This document shows positions 49,255 to 61,378 of a stretch of 64,000 nt of DNA, one piece after another; position 1 is the first letter of the stretch; every line of letters begins with the position of its first letter. The DNA lies in the NCBI RefSeq assembly GCF_902713615.1, contig NC_052172.1:6243337-6307336 (forward strand), given 5' to 3'. The notes below the pieces were generated by a model. It had not been told where the DNA came from, searched no databases, and saw only the letters and a list, made by a program, of their open reading frames with translations. This stretch comes from Scyliorhinus canicula. Lineage: Eukaryota. A program made the translations under genes and the position numbers.

Positions 49255-49406
49255 NNNNNNNNNNNNNNNNNNNNNNNNNNNNNNNNNNNNNNNNNNNNNN
49301 NNNNNNNNNNNNNNNNNNNNNNNNNNNNNNNNNNNNNNNNNNNNNNNNNNNNNNNNNNNNNNNNNNNNNNNNNNNNNNNNNNNNNNNNNNNNNNNNNNNN
49401 NNNNNN
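49255..49406. other. Assembly gap (152 N)
   Basis: Run of N flanked by GATA-like sequence. Confidence 1.
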
Positions 49407-49506
49407 CAGATAGGTAGATGGACAGTGGACACGCATTGAATCAGAGAGACTGACAGATAGAAGTGAGTTATTGGCTGTAGACATATTTTGACCACGTTCG
49501 GGTTGT

Positions 49507-49980
49507 TAACATAGAAACATAGAAAGTGAAAGGAGGAGGAGGCCTTGAAACATAGAAAGTGAAAGCAGGAGGAGGCCTATCGCCCTTCGATCCTGATTCT
49601 CTATTCAGTATTAACATGGCTGCTCATCGTTCAGTATCCTGATCCCGTCTTCCTCCAAAATCCCTTCAAGATCTATACCTAATTCCTCCTTGAAATTACA
49701 CAATGGTTTGGCCTGACCTACATTATGTGGTAGAGGATTCACAGACTGGCCACTCTTAGGCTGAAGAAATGGCTCCGCACCTCAGTCCTAACGATTTACC
49801 GCTTAATCTCAAATTATGACCCGTAGTTCTGTTCTCCCCCACCATCTGAAACATTCTTTCTGAATCTACCCTCTCTAATCCTGTTAGAATTTTGTAAGTT
49901 CCGATGAGATCCCCTCTCCTTCCTCTGAACTCCAGTTAATATAATCCTAAACGAATCAGTTGGTCCTCATATGACATTCC
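49507..49980 (-). mobile_element. CR1 3' fragment replacing the RSS of pseudogene H
   Basis: (aacatag)n tail at the left end; reverse CR1 3' ORF2/UTR. Confidence 0.85.
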
Positions 49981-50244
49981 CGGAGGACTCCAGGTAAAAG
50001 TAAGAGTAGCTGTGTTTCCAAGCGGTGAAACCGTCCACTTCACCGGTGGAAAGTGCTTCGCCACATCAGTATTCCAATAGAAAAAGTTTTGAGGCTCACT
50101 GTCAGAATGCCATCAAAACCAGCAGAAATATGTGTAAGCTGCTGCTTCTGTGTAACAGCATTCGTTTGTGACTCGGGTGCCCGGGGACTGGATATAGAAG
50201 AGAGAGCTTGTTGGATGAGCACGGCCACAGTATCTGCAAACAAG
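49981..50244 (-). pseudogene. TRBV: TRBV30-like pseudogene H
   Basis: ..AVLIQQALSSISSP then a frameshift; corrected frame gives GTRVTNECCYTEAAAYTYFCWF*WHSDSEPQNFFY. The YYC end and RSS are lost at a CR1 insertion. Most of the intron and the leader exon are deleted (acceptor region joins the promoter at about 50265). Confidence 0.9.
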
Positions 50245-51842
50245 CTGTGGAAATATCCCTGGAAATCTCTCTTTACTTTTTCATTGGCTTCCAGAAAGGG
50301 ACTTGTCATTTTCTGAGGAAGAAGGAAACATATTCAGACGTTAACGTATCATCTGAGCTGAAAGGATAACTTTGTTTATCGCCACAGATGTCGTCAGAGC
50401 AGCTAAGTATTTCCAACATGTTCCATTTTATTCCTGATTTCCAGCATCCACAATATTTTGCTTTTATATTCCTGCTGATTTCTGGGACTGGTGCTAATTC
50501 GGAATAGAAGTATTAACAGAGAACCCAGACTCAGGAATATTGATAAAAATACCAGAGTTAGACCTGCGGAGTATGTTTAAATCTGGCAGTTAGACAGCAG
50601 AGAATGAATGACTTGAAAGTGGTTTGGAAGCAGATTCAATGTTAATTTTGGAAATGAATTGGTGAAAATCTAGAGGGTGGGGGGGGGGGGGGACACGTAA
50701 ATTCAGGGAACCTGGAGTGAGCAGAGGACGGGAGTAATTGAATAGGTGAGACATGAACTATTCGTCATCAATAAAAGATAACCACTTATAAATCCTATTG
50801 GGAATTTAGAAGGATTCTCTTTACACAGAATATGGGAACAATATGGAACGGAAGTGGTTTAAAGCGAATAACATTGACGCAGTTAAAGTAAAGCTGAATA
50901 AATGCATGAGACCTGAGAAATAATAGGAGGAGGTTCAGAGTCGCATGAGGAAATGTGGCAGGGGGATACCATGGGCCTAACTGGTCGCCTGTTTCAAACG
51001 ACCAGGCCCAGTTCCATGGGCTGAATTCGGTGTTGCATGATGCAACGATTCCAGCAGACGCGTCAAATTACTCTTTTGTTGTCGGCAGAGGCAGTTTCAT
51101 TTCTCACATGCAGCAAGAATGTGCAAGGCGAGTGGTTTAACTATCTTCACCACATGCTCAACCGGCAGTCGGGGCAAATATCCCAGTGAGGCAGCTATCT
51201 GGAGAGATGTCTCGCCTTTGCACTCCATGAATCATCGGTGACATAATTATGTGTTTGAAGATTTCTTCTTGGAGTGGATTTTTTTCCCTCAGCGCGGCGA
51301 AACTAGTGGGAGGTCGCAAAGACATTGACAAAACCTCAAGTGTTTTGATGAGTAAATAATAAACATAATATTTTTATTGTCACAAATAGGCTTACATTAA
51401 CACTGCAATTTCAGAGCTAATGTCGATTGGTCACGCTTTGTTCACCAGTGGACAGTAATTTAAGTTCATTGGTACATGACTCAGAGCGGTAGATGTTTAG
51501 AATCCACATCAGAGCATCGTCATCATCTGAGAAACCCTCTGAACGGGAGATGGAAGCTGATTCTGTTGTAAGTTTAAAATGGAGGCATGGAGGCGATCGT
51601 TCCTTGGAAGTGCCGGGAAAGGCTTCAGTGCACCACGAGCCTCATCTTCCCATTCAGGGAATATATTCTCAAAAACAGCGACTGGCCTAACTAGAATGTA
51701 CACCCACGCACATATCACAAACATACGCATTAATATTTTTATATCGTCTTAGTCTACCTCCACCTTACCTATTGTCATCAGCAATACATGTCCAGAGTTG
51801 AGGTACAGTCACCATTTCAGCGGGAAAGACCCTTTAGTTTAT

Positions 51843-51995
51843 TGTGTGAATTGACTGAGCCGTGTTCTTGTAGGAGATCTCCGTGTTTCGGGCACGTAGT
51901 GGAATTTCGAGTTTCCTGCTCCATCATTTTGAATGTTCCGATGGTGGAGGACATTTTTTGCCTTTGTTCATTGGCGCCCTCGTCAGGCTTGGTAA
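51843..51995 (-). other. Diverged orphan promoter of a further TRBV30-like unit
   Basis: gtgaattgactgagccgtgttcttgtagg..ttcattggc..ggcttggtaatttcc aligns with the promoter regions at 28165-28330 and 33225-33390; no V exon or leader seen. Confidence 0.6.
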
Positions 51996-52624
51996 TTTCC
52001 GGGACTGTATGTTCTATTGACTGAGGGCTGCATCCTTTCTGAGGGCTTACCCTAGCTAAATTACAGGGCTTGGAAAAAAAACCATTCCTCAATGCTCAAC
52101 GTTTGGCATCATAAACCTCACGAAATGGCTCGTCATTGCCACCTGGCGGTCATGATATGCACGTACAGGGCCCTGAGGTAACTACAGATTGACTGATTGC
52201 AAAGGTTATTTTCAAGTCACACCTGGGAAAAGACCTGACTTCCAATTTTCTACACTGCTTCAGCCTGATGCTTGTTTCATGGGTTAGCATATGAGGTAGA
52301 ACTCAGAACTTAGTACATTCAGCGCATAGAGATATCCAGATGTTTATACCTCTCCAATCTCACATTATCATAATCTCCTTGTATTATCTTCTCCCTCGCA
52401 TGTGCATCTAGCTTCCCTCTGAATGCATCTATTGTCTTCCCGTCAAAAAATCCCCTTGTGCAGTAATTTCCCGATTTTCAGAGCTCCTTGTCTGAAGTAG
52501 TAGATCTTCAATTCCGCATTGTATTTATTGATTATTATCTTATATATGTGGAATATTCTGGTCTCGCATCACAAGCTGTAACAATTTATCTATGTCTACG
52601 CCGTCAATCTTTAAATGATATCAA

Positions 52625-53210
52625 ACACTTTTATCTCAGAATCACAGAACCTTTACAGTGAATGAGGCCATTCTGCCCATCGAGTTAGAAATGCCTCTGT
52701 AAAAGAGACTGCCACACAGCCCCAACCCTCTGCCTTACCCTGAAACTTTTAACATTCTTACTTTTCAGAGAGCAATCCAAATTCCGTTTGAATACCTAGT
52801 TCGAACTTATTTCCAGCATCCTCTTAGGAAGTTCGTTCAAGACTGTAACCACCCCCTGGAGGAAAATCATTTCCACACATCTCTTTTACTGCTTTTCGCC
52901 ATTATTTCCAATCTGGGCCTTTTCGCCTTGATGGTCCCTTGAGTGCGGACTGTTTCCCACATGTTTCCCTGTCCTCACCCTTCAGGGCCATGACTACAAG
53001 GGTCGAATCCCTTCTGGGACTTCCTTTCCCAAAGAAAAACAGTCCGAACCGCTCCAGTCTATCCTCCCAGTTTCAGTTCTTTATGCCTGGAATCGTTCTT
53101 GTAAATGCCCACTCTATTGCTTCCAATGCTTTCACAAGCGTCCTGCGTTTCGTCGCCCAGTAATGGACAAATACTTCAGACGATGCCCAACATTTGCATG
53201 TTCCACATAA
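52625..53210 (-). mobile_element. CR1 3' fragment
   Basis: cacagaacc..gaatgaggccattctgcccatcgag tail and reverse ORF2 C-terminus. Confidence 0.7.
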
Positions 53211-53274
53211 CCTCCTTACTAATCACCTTTATTTCCTTTCTTTATTAATTCCTTTATTTATTAATGAAACAAAT

Positions 53275-53880
53275 AGCATTGGATTGGATTTGTTTATTGT
53301 CACGTGTACTGAGGTAAAGTGAAAAGTATTTTTCTGCGAGCAGCTCAACAGATCATTAAGTACATGGGAAGAAATGGGAATAAAAGAAAATACATAATAG
53401 GGCAACACAAGGGATACAATAATTATGTAGTTTTATGTAATACTACATATGCATCGGCATCGGATGAAGCATACAGGGGTGGAGTGTTAATGAGGTCAGT
53501 CGATAAGAGGGTCATTTAGGAGTCTGGTAACAGCGGGGAAGAAGCTGTATTTGAGTCTGTTCGTGCGTATTCTCAGACTTCTGTATCTCCTGCCCGATGG
53601 AAGAAGTTGGAAGAGTGAGTATGTCAGGTTGGAGGGGTCTTTAATTATGCTGCCTGGTTTACCCAGGCAGGTTCGTGTGATGGACTGGGCGGTGTTGACG
53701 ACTCTCTGACGTTTCTTGCGGTCCTGGGGCGAGCAGTTGCCAGACCTCAGTTTCCTGAGGAAGTATAGTCGCTGTTGTGCTTTCTTGGTGATAGCGTCGA
53801 CGTGGGTGGACCAGGACAGATTTTTGGGATGTGCATCCCTAGGAATTTGAAACTGCTAACCATCTCCACCTCTGTTAACC
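53275..53880 (-). mobile_element. Non-CR1 LINE 3' fragment (Rex1/Babar- or L2-like)
   Basis: (attgg)n tail; ggaagaagctgtatttgagtctg..ctgtatctcctgcccgatgg recognised from memory as a fish LINE 3' end. Family assignment is uncertain. Confidence 0.45.
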
Positions 53881-54289
53881 AAATGCCAGTCTTTATTGGG
53901 AATTACGACTATGACATGCAATAAATGTGGGTTTTACAAGGTGAGAAAAGGCCAGTACTTGTGCACAGCTCTCCGTGCATTGTCAAGCCTTGCTATGTGG
54001 GCACTAGAAATGTTCACAGTGCTCGAAATGAGATTTCACCAAGGCGAATGGAGACCTAAACTCTGTTTTGCACTCCGACTGTATGCAGAGATTGGAACTG
54101 CACAAAACGTTGCAAGGATATTTTAACCAATGAAGTTAGACATAAAGCTGTGCAAGTCTATGTGTCCATCCAAGGTATATTAAGAGAGGACTGTACATGA
54201 GGAGATGCCCTTTTTCTGCAGGGTAAGATTCGGCGATTCTGATGACTGTCTGTGTGAGGTTATTATCGCGAATTGCTCCGAATGGTTTC

Positions 54290-56950
54290 AGACCAAAAGA
54301 ACATAAAATATAAGAGCAGAATTAGGCCATTCGGTCCATCGAGCTGCTCCACCATTCGATCATGGCTGATATGTTCCTCATTCCCATTGTCCTGCCTTCT
54401 TCTAAATCACCGTTTATCCCCCTTTCATCAGGAAAAATCCTTATTAATCAAGCACACCAGATTCGTGCTTGAGGTGCTGTTACCTACAGGCTGCAGACAA
54501 CGAACTGGATGTTTCAGTTGGACAGAATAGTTCGTTGCTAGAACATAAGAACATAGGAATTATCAGCTGGGGTGACAGATTGAGCCTCTATGGCCTGATC
54601 CACCGTTCAATAATATCATGGCTGATCACATCCTGGCCTTGACTCCAGCGTCTGCCGTTCTCCATAGCACTTCAATCAATTACTGATTAAAAATATGTCT
54701 AACACCTCTTTAACCTAATCAGTGCAACAGCATCCATCGCACTTTGGGGTAGCAACATCCATTGATTCAAAACCCTTTGGGAGAAGTAGTTTCTCCTCAT
54801 CTCTGTTTTACAGTTGTTAATTCTTATTCCGAGAGTATGACCTCTCGTTCTAGAGTGCCCCATAAGAAGAAGCATCAGCTTCAAGTCTACTTTATCCAAA
54901 TATTTAATCTTCAGATATATCTCAATATAATTTCCCCTCATCGGTCTAAACTCCTGACAGTACAGGACTAAACTGCTTTCCTAACACAAACGTCTGATCT
55001 CGGGAATCAAACCTAGTGAACCTTCTATGAACTGCCTCCAATGCCATTACATCTTTCCTCAAATAACGGCACGAACTTGGTTGAGCTTTTTGAATAGGTG
55101 ACAAAGAAAATTGATGAGGGAAGGGCTGTGCACGTAAAGGACTTTATAACGGAGTTTGGCAAGGACCCACATGGCAGACTGGTACAAAAACTAAAATCAC
55201 ATAGGATTCGGGGTGGGCTGGCTAGATAGATACAGAACTGGATTGGTTATCGAAGATATGGAGTAGCGGTGGAATGGTGGTTTTCAGAATGGAGATATTT
55301 AGCTAGTGGTGCTCCACAGGGATCAGTCCTCTGACCTGTGTTGTTTGTAATATAGAAAATGATCTGGAAGAATATGTGGGTGGTCTGATTACTAAGTTTG
55401 CGGATGGCACGGAGATTGGCAGAGTTGCTGATAGTGCCGAGCATTGTCACAGGATACAATGGACAGATTGGAGACTTGGTCACCAAAATGGCAGACGGTT
55501 TCATCTGGAAAAATGTGAGGTGATGCATTTTGAAGGATAAAATCCAGGTATGAATTACACTGTAAATGGCAGAAACCTTAGGAACATTAATATACAGAGG
55601 GATCTGGGCGTTCAGATCCATAGTTCCCTGAACGTGGCAACAGAGATGGCCAAAGTCATTAAGAAGGCAGAGGACTTGCTTGCCTTCATCAGCCGGGACA
55701 TTGAGTACAGGCGTTGGTAAATCATGTTGCAGCTATGTAAAACTTTGGTTCGGCCGCATTTGGAGTATTGCATATAATTCTGATCACCACATTATCAGAA
55801 AGACATGGATGCTTTGGAGAGAGTGCAAAGAAAGTTAACCAGGGTATTGTGTGATCTCGAGGGTGTTGGCTGTGAGGAGAATTTGAATAACCTAGGATTG
55901 TTTTCACTGGAAAGACGGAAGTTGAGGGGAGACCTGTCAGAGGTCTACAAAATTATGAGAGGCAGAGACCGTGTGGATAGTCAGAGGCTTTTTCCAAGGG
56001 TGGAAGTGTCAATTACACGGGGGCAAGGTTCAGGTGAGAGGGGGAATTTTAAGGGAGATATGCTGGGTCCGTTTTTCACGCAGACTGGTGGGCGCCTGGT
56101 ACGCGCTGTCAGAGGAGGTGGTGGAAGCAGGCACATTAGCAACATTTAAGAGGCATCAGGATGGGTACATGAATAGGGAGGAAATAGAGAGATACGGAGA
56201 AAGTAAGGGCAGAAGATTTTTTCTTTACAGTTAAGGTATCATGATCGGCACAGGCTTGCAGGGCAAAGGGCCTGTTCCTGTGTTGTATTTTTCTTTGTTA
56301 TTTTTTATTTTGTCTCAAAACTGCAGGTGCAGTCTGTCAATGCCTTTCACAGTTGCAACAACACGTCCTTACCTATATACTCTATTCATTTAGTTAGAAA
56401 TGGCAGCATTCTATTCGCTTTCTTTATTATGTACTGCACATGCATGCTACATTTCAGTGACTCATGGACGAGTGCCCCAGATTCCTCTGCTCCAGAGCAA
56501 CCCGAAACATTGTCCCATTTAGTTAATCATCTAACCTTTCCCTTTTCCAATCGAAACGGGTAGTTTTATCCCATGCGCAGCTGAAAGGAGTTACACATTG
56601 CGGCTTTGAACTCAACTCTCTCCATGTTGAGTCCGGACATTTAGTTTCCATCGTATCACAATAGCAAAACAGTTCTTCGAAAGTAACACACTGTGTTGCT
56701 ATCAGCGGAGAGCGGAGATTGCAATATGTTACTGTGAAAATTTCTCTCCTGAACGCGTTGACAGGGGAGGTGGTGGAAGCAGATACATTAACGGCGTTCA
56801 AAAGGCATCTCGACAAATACACCGATCGGATGGGTATCGAGGGGCACGGCACCAGGAAGTGCTGAGGATTTCCCCCCCAGGATTGTATCATGACCGTAAC
56901 AAGCCTAGAGGGCCGAAGGGCCTGATACAACGCTGGATTGTGCTTTGTTC
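54290..56950. mobile_element. Cluster of CR1 fragments (minus about 54290-55070; plus about 55075-56290 and 56740-56950)
   Basis: RT and C-terminal motifs (aagtttgcggatggcacg; LERVQRKLTR..LGLFSLERRKLRGDL). Confidence 0.82.
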
Positions 56951-57258
56951 TTTGAAAACAGTTCCGCACCGCATAGCTCATTGTGGGCAGGAGCCTTCCC
57001 GCCTTGACTCTGGGAACATGATTCATGAGAAAGTGTTCGGACAGTTATAATGTGTACTTGGGAAGATGAATGTGAAATGTGAATGTCGTCGTTGATTCAT
57101 AATGGGGAAAAAAGGTGCTGTCATAATTTCCTACCAACACCTGAGAAAATATAACAATCGAATATAATTGGGAAATCTATAAAATTGCATCCGCGTGCAA
57201 ATGCTATACCAATTGCACAACATTAGTTACACTTACAGCCCCAATTGTTCACGGGGCT

Positions 57259-57297
57259 AGTTTTTGTATTGGCACCGACGCAATCTTCAGCTCTGTG
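57259..57297 (-). other. 23-RSS of V-I
   Basis: CACAGAG (57291-57297), 23 nt, ACAAAAACT (57259-57267). Confidence 0.96.
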
Positions 57298-58135
57298 CTC
57301 ACTGCTCGCACAGTAATACACCGCCGAATCGGCAACCTTCACTGTCAAGATCCGCAAGATGGACTTTTTCAACTCGGGCCTTAGAATATTAATCTTATTC
57401 TCAAAGTTTTTTTCGTAAGTAGCTGCAATTCCGTTAATAGAATAACCCATTAGACGGAGACCCTCGTCAGCGTCCTGCCGATACCAGAGCATAACGTTCT
57501 TGCTGCCGTCAGTCTGGAAACAGCTCAATTCTGCTGCCTCGCCTTGATTCGCCGCCATTAGTGACGGCCACTGCTGTATCACATCAGCCCGAGTTTTCCC
57601 TGCGGAAATGAGGGTAAAAATTTACAATGTTACAATCCTCATGTGTAATTGGAAAACAAGAAATGTTGATTCAAAGTTACACATATAATTGATAAGTCTA
57701 GTTATAGACGACGTGTAAACAAACGATATATAGGTGGACGGATCATAAATAGGGATACAGGTAACACGATCGATAAATAGACAGGCAGGCACATAATTGC
57801 GAGATGCAGGGAGCCATGAAACACAGCTAAATAGTCCACAATGCAGACAAGTGTGCTGTTAAATGTAGTTTTAGTAGCGTTACGAAAATGGAAATGTTTT
57901 CAATTCCTCATAATGTTCATTACTTCTATATGATGCTCCGTCCATGTTCATATTAACCCTAAACTGTGGGAAATAATAAAACATCGACTGCTGTAATATT
58001 TTTCAGTTCAACTCGATTGACGTTGAGTAATGAATGAAAAAACAGATAAGGTTTTAGCACTGGTGCCGTTCCAAATTATGGATACATACGTGGAAATGAA
58101 GACCAGAGGACAATAAGGAGACTAGCTAACTTCAT
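57298..58135 (-). CDS. TRBV: TCR beta V segment I (leader 58090-58135, intron 57600-58089, V exon 57298-57599), apparently functional
   Basis: Leader MKLASLLIVLWSSFP C|GTATGT; acceptor ccgcag|GG. V reads RKTRA-DVIQQWPSLMAANQGEAAELSCFQTDGSKNVMLWYRQDADEGLRLMGYSINGIAATYEKNFENKINILRPELKKSILRILTVKVADSAVYYCASSE. CASS is the TRBV hallmark. Confidence 0.95.
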
Positions 58136-58203
58136 CTTCCACTGGAGGATGAATCTGCTACAGGATCTGTTTCCGGAAGCAGATGATAAAACGGACTACC
58201 GGA

Positions 58204-58213
58204 CGTGACATCA
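58204..58213. promoter_or_regulatory. V-beta decamer/CRE-like element of V-I
   Basis: CGTGACATCA, 9/10 to the mammalian V-beta promoter decamer AGTGAYRTCA, about 70 nt upstream of the ATG. Confidence 0.5.
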
Positions 58214-60120
58214 GAAGAATATGAATTTCGTTCTGACTCGTCAGTTCCTGTATCACAAAACAAGGAGACCTCCAGTTTGTAAGGTGTTTGAAAAAAAGGC
58301 ACTGGATCACTTCGACAGACACGTCAGAGTTGGGCCGATGCCTGGATATTCGTGCCACGCAAAGAACGTGTCTCCTGCAAAAAAATAAGGCGGGCGGGTC
58401 ATCGAATCAAAATCTTTAAATTTGTGGGAGGTTTTGAAGTTTGGCTCAGGAGCGAATGTTTCCTCCAGCCGCGAAGAGTCTATTTCGATTCGGGAAGTTC
58501 AAGTGGAAATGCAATACAAATGTTCAAGACCCTAACAATATTTAATGAGGACATGTTTCCCACATTATACAGTTGGCAAGCATTGACTCAGAGAAACATA
58601 ACATTCCGACAGTGCAGAAACAGACCATTCGGCCCATCGAATCTGCACCAACCCTCTGAAAAGGCACCCTAGCTAGACCCAATCCTTCGCCCTGTTCCGT
58701 AATCTTATCTCGGGGCAATTCAGCGTGGCCAATCCACTTAATTTGCACATAATTTGGACTGTGGGAGGAAACCGGAACACCCTGTGGAAACCCACGTAGA
58801 TACGGGGAGAAAGTGCAAACTCCAAACTGACAGCACCCGAGGTCGGATAGAACGCTGGTCCCTGGCAGTGTGAGGTTGCAATGCTAAGCACTGTGCCACC
58901 ATGCCTCCCAGAGGGCACAGGTCTGAGATATTTGATAAAAAATAACCAGAGGCAATATCTGGACAGTATGAAAAAAGAGCATATTTTGTTTCCCTTCCGG
59001 AAATCACGATGGATGCAGATTCAATCGAGAATTTGGAAAAATAACCCGATTTGATGTTTGCAACGGGAAAAGATTGTCCACCCGCGGGACAGGTAAATTT
59101 GTCTAATTGGATAGCGATGTACCAGAGCAGGCCCAGACACCATTGGCTGGATTATCCTATCTACTGATGCACCCTTTTAGACATTGTTGTGATAATGTAT
59201 TGATATAAGCTGGTCTGTGAATCTGTTGCATGTATATCCTGTCCACCAGAGGTGGCAGCCTATTAACCACATCACATAACTTTCTGAGTAAAACATAGAG
59301 TACATGTTTAAAAATATATAACTTCATTCAATTGTTGCATTCGCAGTCGATGTATTCTGCCTGCATTTAGCCATATGGATTCCAATAGCGTTCATACCAA
59401 GACATGCTTTTTATTCGTTCAAGCACAATTAAGAGTGGTTCCGGGGTCATATATAGACCAGGCCAACAGAGCACGATGTACTTCCTGTCCTTAAATTACA
59501 TTAGTGAAGATAAGATGCGTTTTTACGACAATGAACAATAATTTCATCGTCACTTTTAGAATTTTAATTCCAGATGTTTATTGAATTCAAATTCCATCAT
59601 TTGCCATGGCGCGATTGGAACTCGGATGCCAGGGCATGACACTGGTTCTCTGGATAACTCGTCCATGGATAACATACTACGTTATTTCCTCCAGTGAATG
59701 CCTCAGACTCACCAATTTCCAGTGGTGGAAGTCTGGTGCTTGGTGCGCCGTGTATCGTTCATCTCCTCTTCCCCAGGGTATGGGGGGGGGGGAGTATTGG
59801 CAGCAAGTCTTCCCAACGCTATGGAACCATGTCTACCACTATTGTACATAGTGGTGTCAGTGAGCTGTGGTGGGAGAAGGTAAGGAGGTAACAGCTCACT
59901 GCTCCCCTTTTGGCAGGCAATGTCCCGTCAAATTAGTGTCTAAAATTGCCCTTAGTGTTGGGTGGGGTTACTGGGTTATGGGGATAGTGTGGAGGTGTTG
60001 ACCCTGGGTAGGGTGCTCTTTCCAAGAGCCGGAACACACTCGATGGGTCGAATGGCCTCCTTCTGCATTGTAAATTCTATGATAAATCCGATTTCCGGTT
60101 TCTCCGTCTGATACGGAGAT

Positions 60121-61378
60121 ATAAGAACATAAGAACATAAGAACATAAGAACTAGGAGCAGGAGTAGGCCAACTGGCCCCTCGAGCCTGCTCCGCCATTC
60201 AATTAGATCATGGCTGATCTTTTGTGGACTCAGCTCCACTTTCCGGCCCGAACACCATAACCCTTAATCCCTTTATTCTTCAAAAAACTATCTATCTTTA
60301 CCTTAAAAACATGTAATGAAGGAGCCTCAACTGCTTCACTGGGCAAGGAATTCCATAGATTCACAACCCTTTGGGTGAAGAAGTTCCTCCTAAACTCAGT
60401 CCTAAATCTACTTCCCCTTATTTTGAGGCTATGCCCCCTAGTTCTGCTGTCACCCGCCAGTGGAAACAACCTGCCCGCATCTATCCTATCTATTCCCTTC
60501 ATAATTTTAAATGTTTCTATAAGATCCCCCCTCATCCTTCTAAATTCCAACGAGTACAGTCCCAGTCTACTCAACCTCTCTTCATAATCCAACCCCTTCA
60601 GCTCTGGGATTAACCTAGTGAATCTCCTCTTCACACCCTCCAGCGCCAGTACGTCCTTTCTCAAGTAAGGAGACCAAAACTGAACACAATACTCCAGGTG
60701 TGGCCGCACTAACACCTTATACAATTGCAACATAACCTCCCTAGTCTTAAACTCCATCCCTCTAGCAATGAAGGACAAAATTCCATTTGCCTTCTTAATC
60801 ACCTGTTGCACTTGTAAACCAACCTTCTGTGACTCATGCACTAGCACACCCAAGTCTCTCTGAACAGCGGCATGCTTTAATATTTTATCGTTTAAATAAT
60901 AATCCCGTTTGCTGTTATTCCTACCAAAATGGATAACCTCACATTTGTCAACATTGTATTCCATCTGCCAGACCCGAGCCCATTCCCTTAACCTATCCAA
61001 ATCCCTCTGCAGACTTCCAGTATCCTCTGCACTTTTCGCTTTACCACTCATCTTAGTGTCATCTGCAAACTTGGACACATTGCCCTTGGTCCCCAACTCC
61101 AAATCATCAATGTAAATTGTGAACAATTGTGGGGCCAACACGGATCCCTGAGGGACACCACTAGCTACTGATTGCCAACCAGAGAAACACCCATTTATCC
61201 CAACTCTTTGCTTTCTATTAATTAACCAATCCTCTATCCATGCTACTACTTTACCCTTAATGCCATGCATCTTTATCTTATGCAGCAACCTTTTGTGTGG
61301 CACCTTGTCAAAGGCTTTCTGGAAATCCAGATATACCACATCCATCGGCTCCCCGTTATCTACTGCAATGGTAATGTC
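60121..61378 (-). mobile_element. Young 5'-truncated CR1 LINE with uninterrupted RT-C-terminal reading frame
   Basis: ORF 60230-61468: DVVYLDFQKAFDKVPH, GVPQGSVLAPQLF, KFADDTK, no stops over about 380 codons; perfect (ATAAGAAC)n tail. Confidence 0.96.

Noticed and set aside
59230-59250. TGTCCACCAGAGGTGGCAG as a second CTCF site
   Set aside because: It has one extra base in the core relative to consensus and looks like part of an LTR-like fragment.
60100-60120. Short palindrome TCTCCGT-CTGAT-ACGGAGA next to the CR1 tail
   Set aside because: A 7-bp stem is expected by chance in 64 kb, and there is no supporting context.
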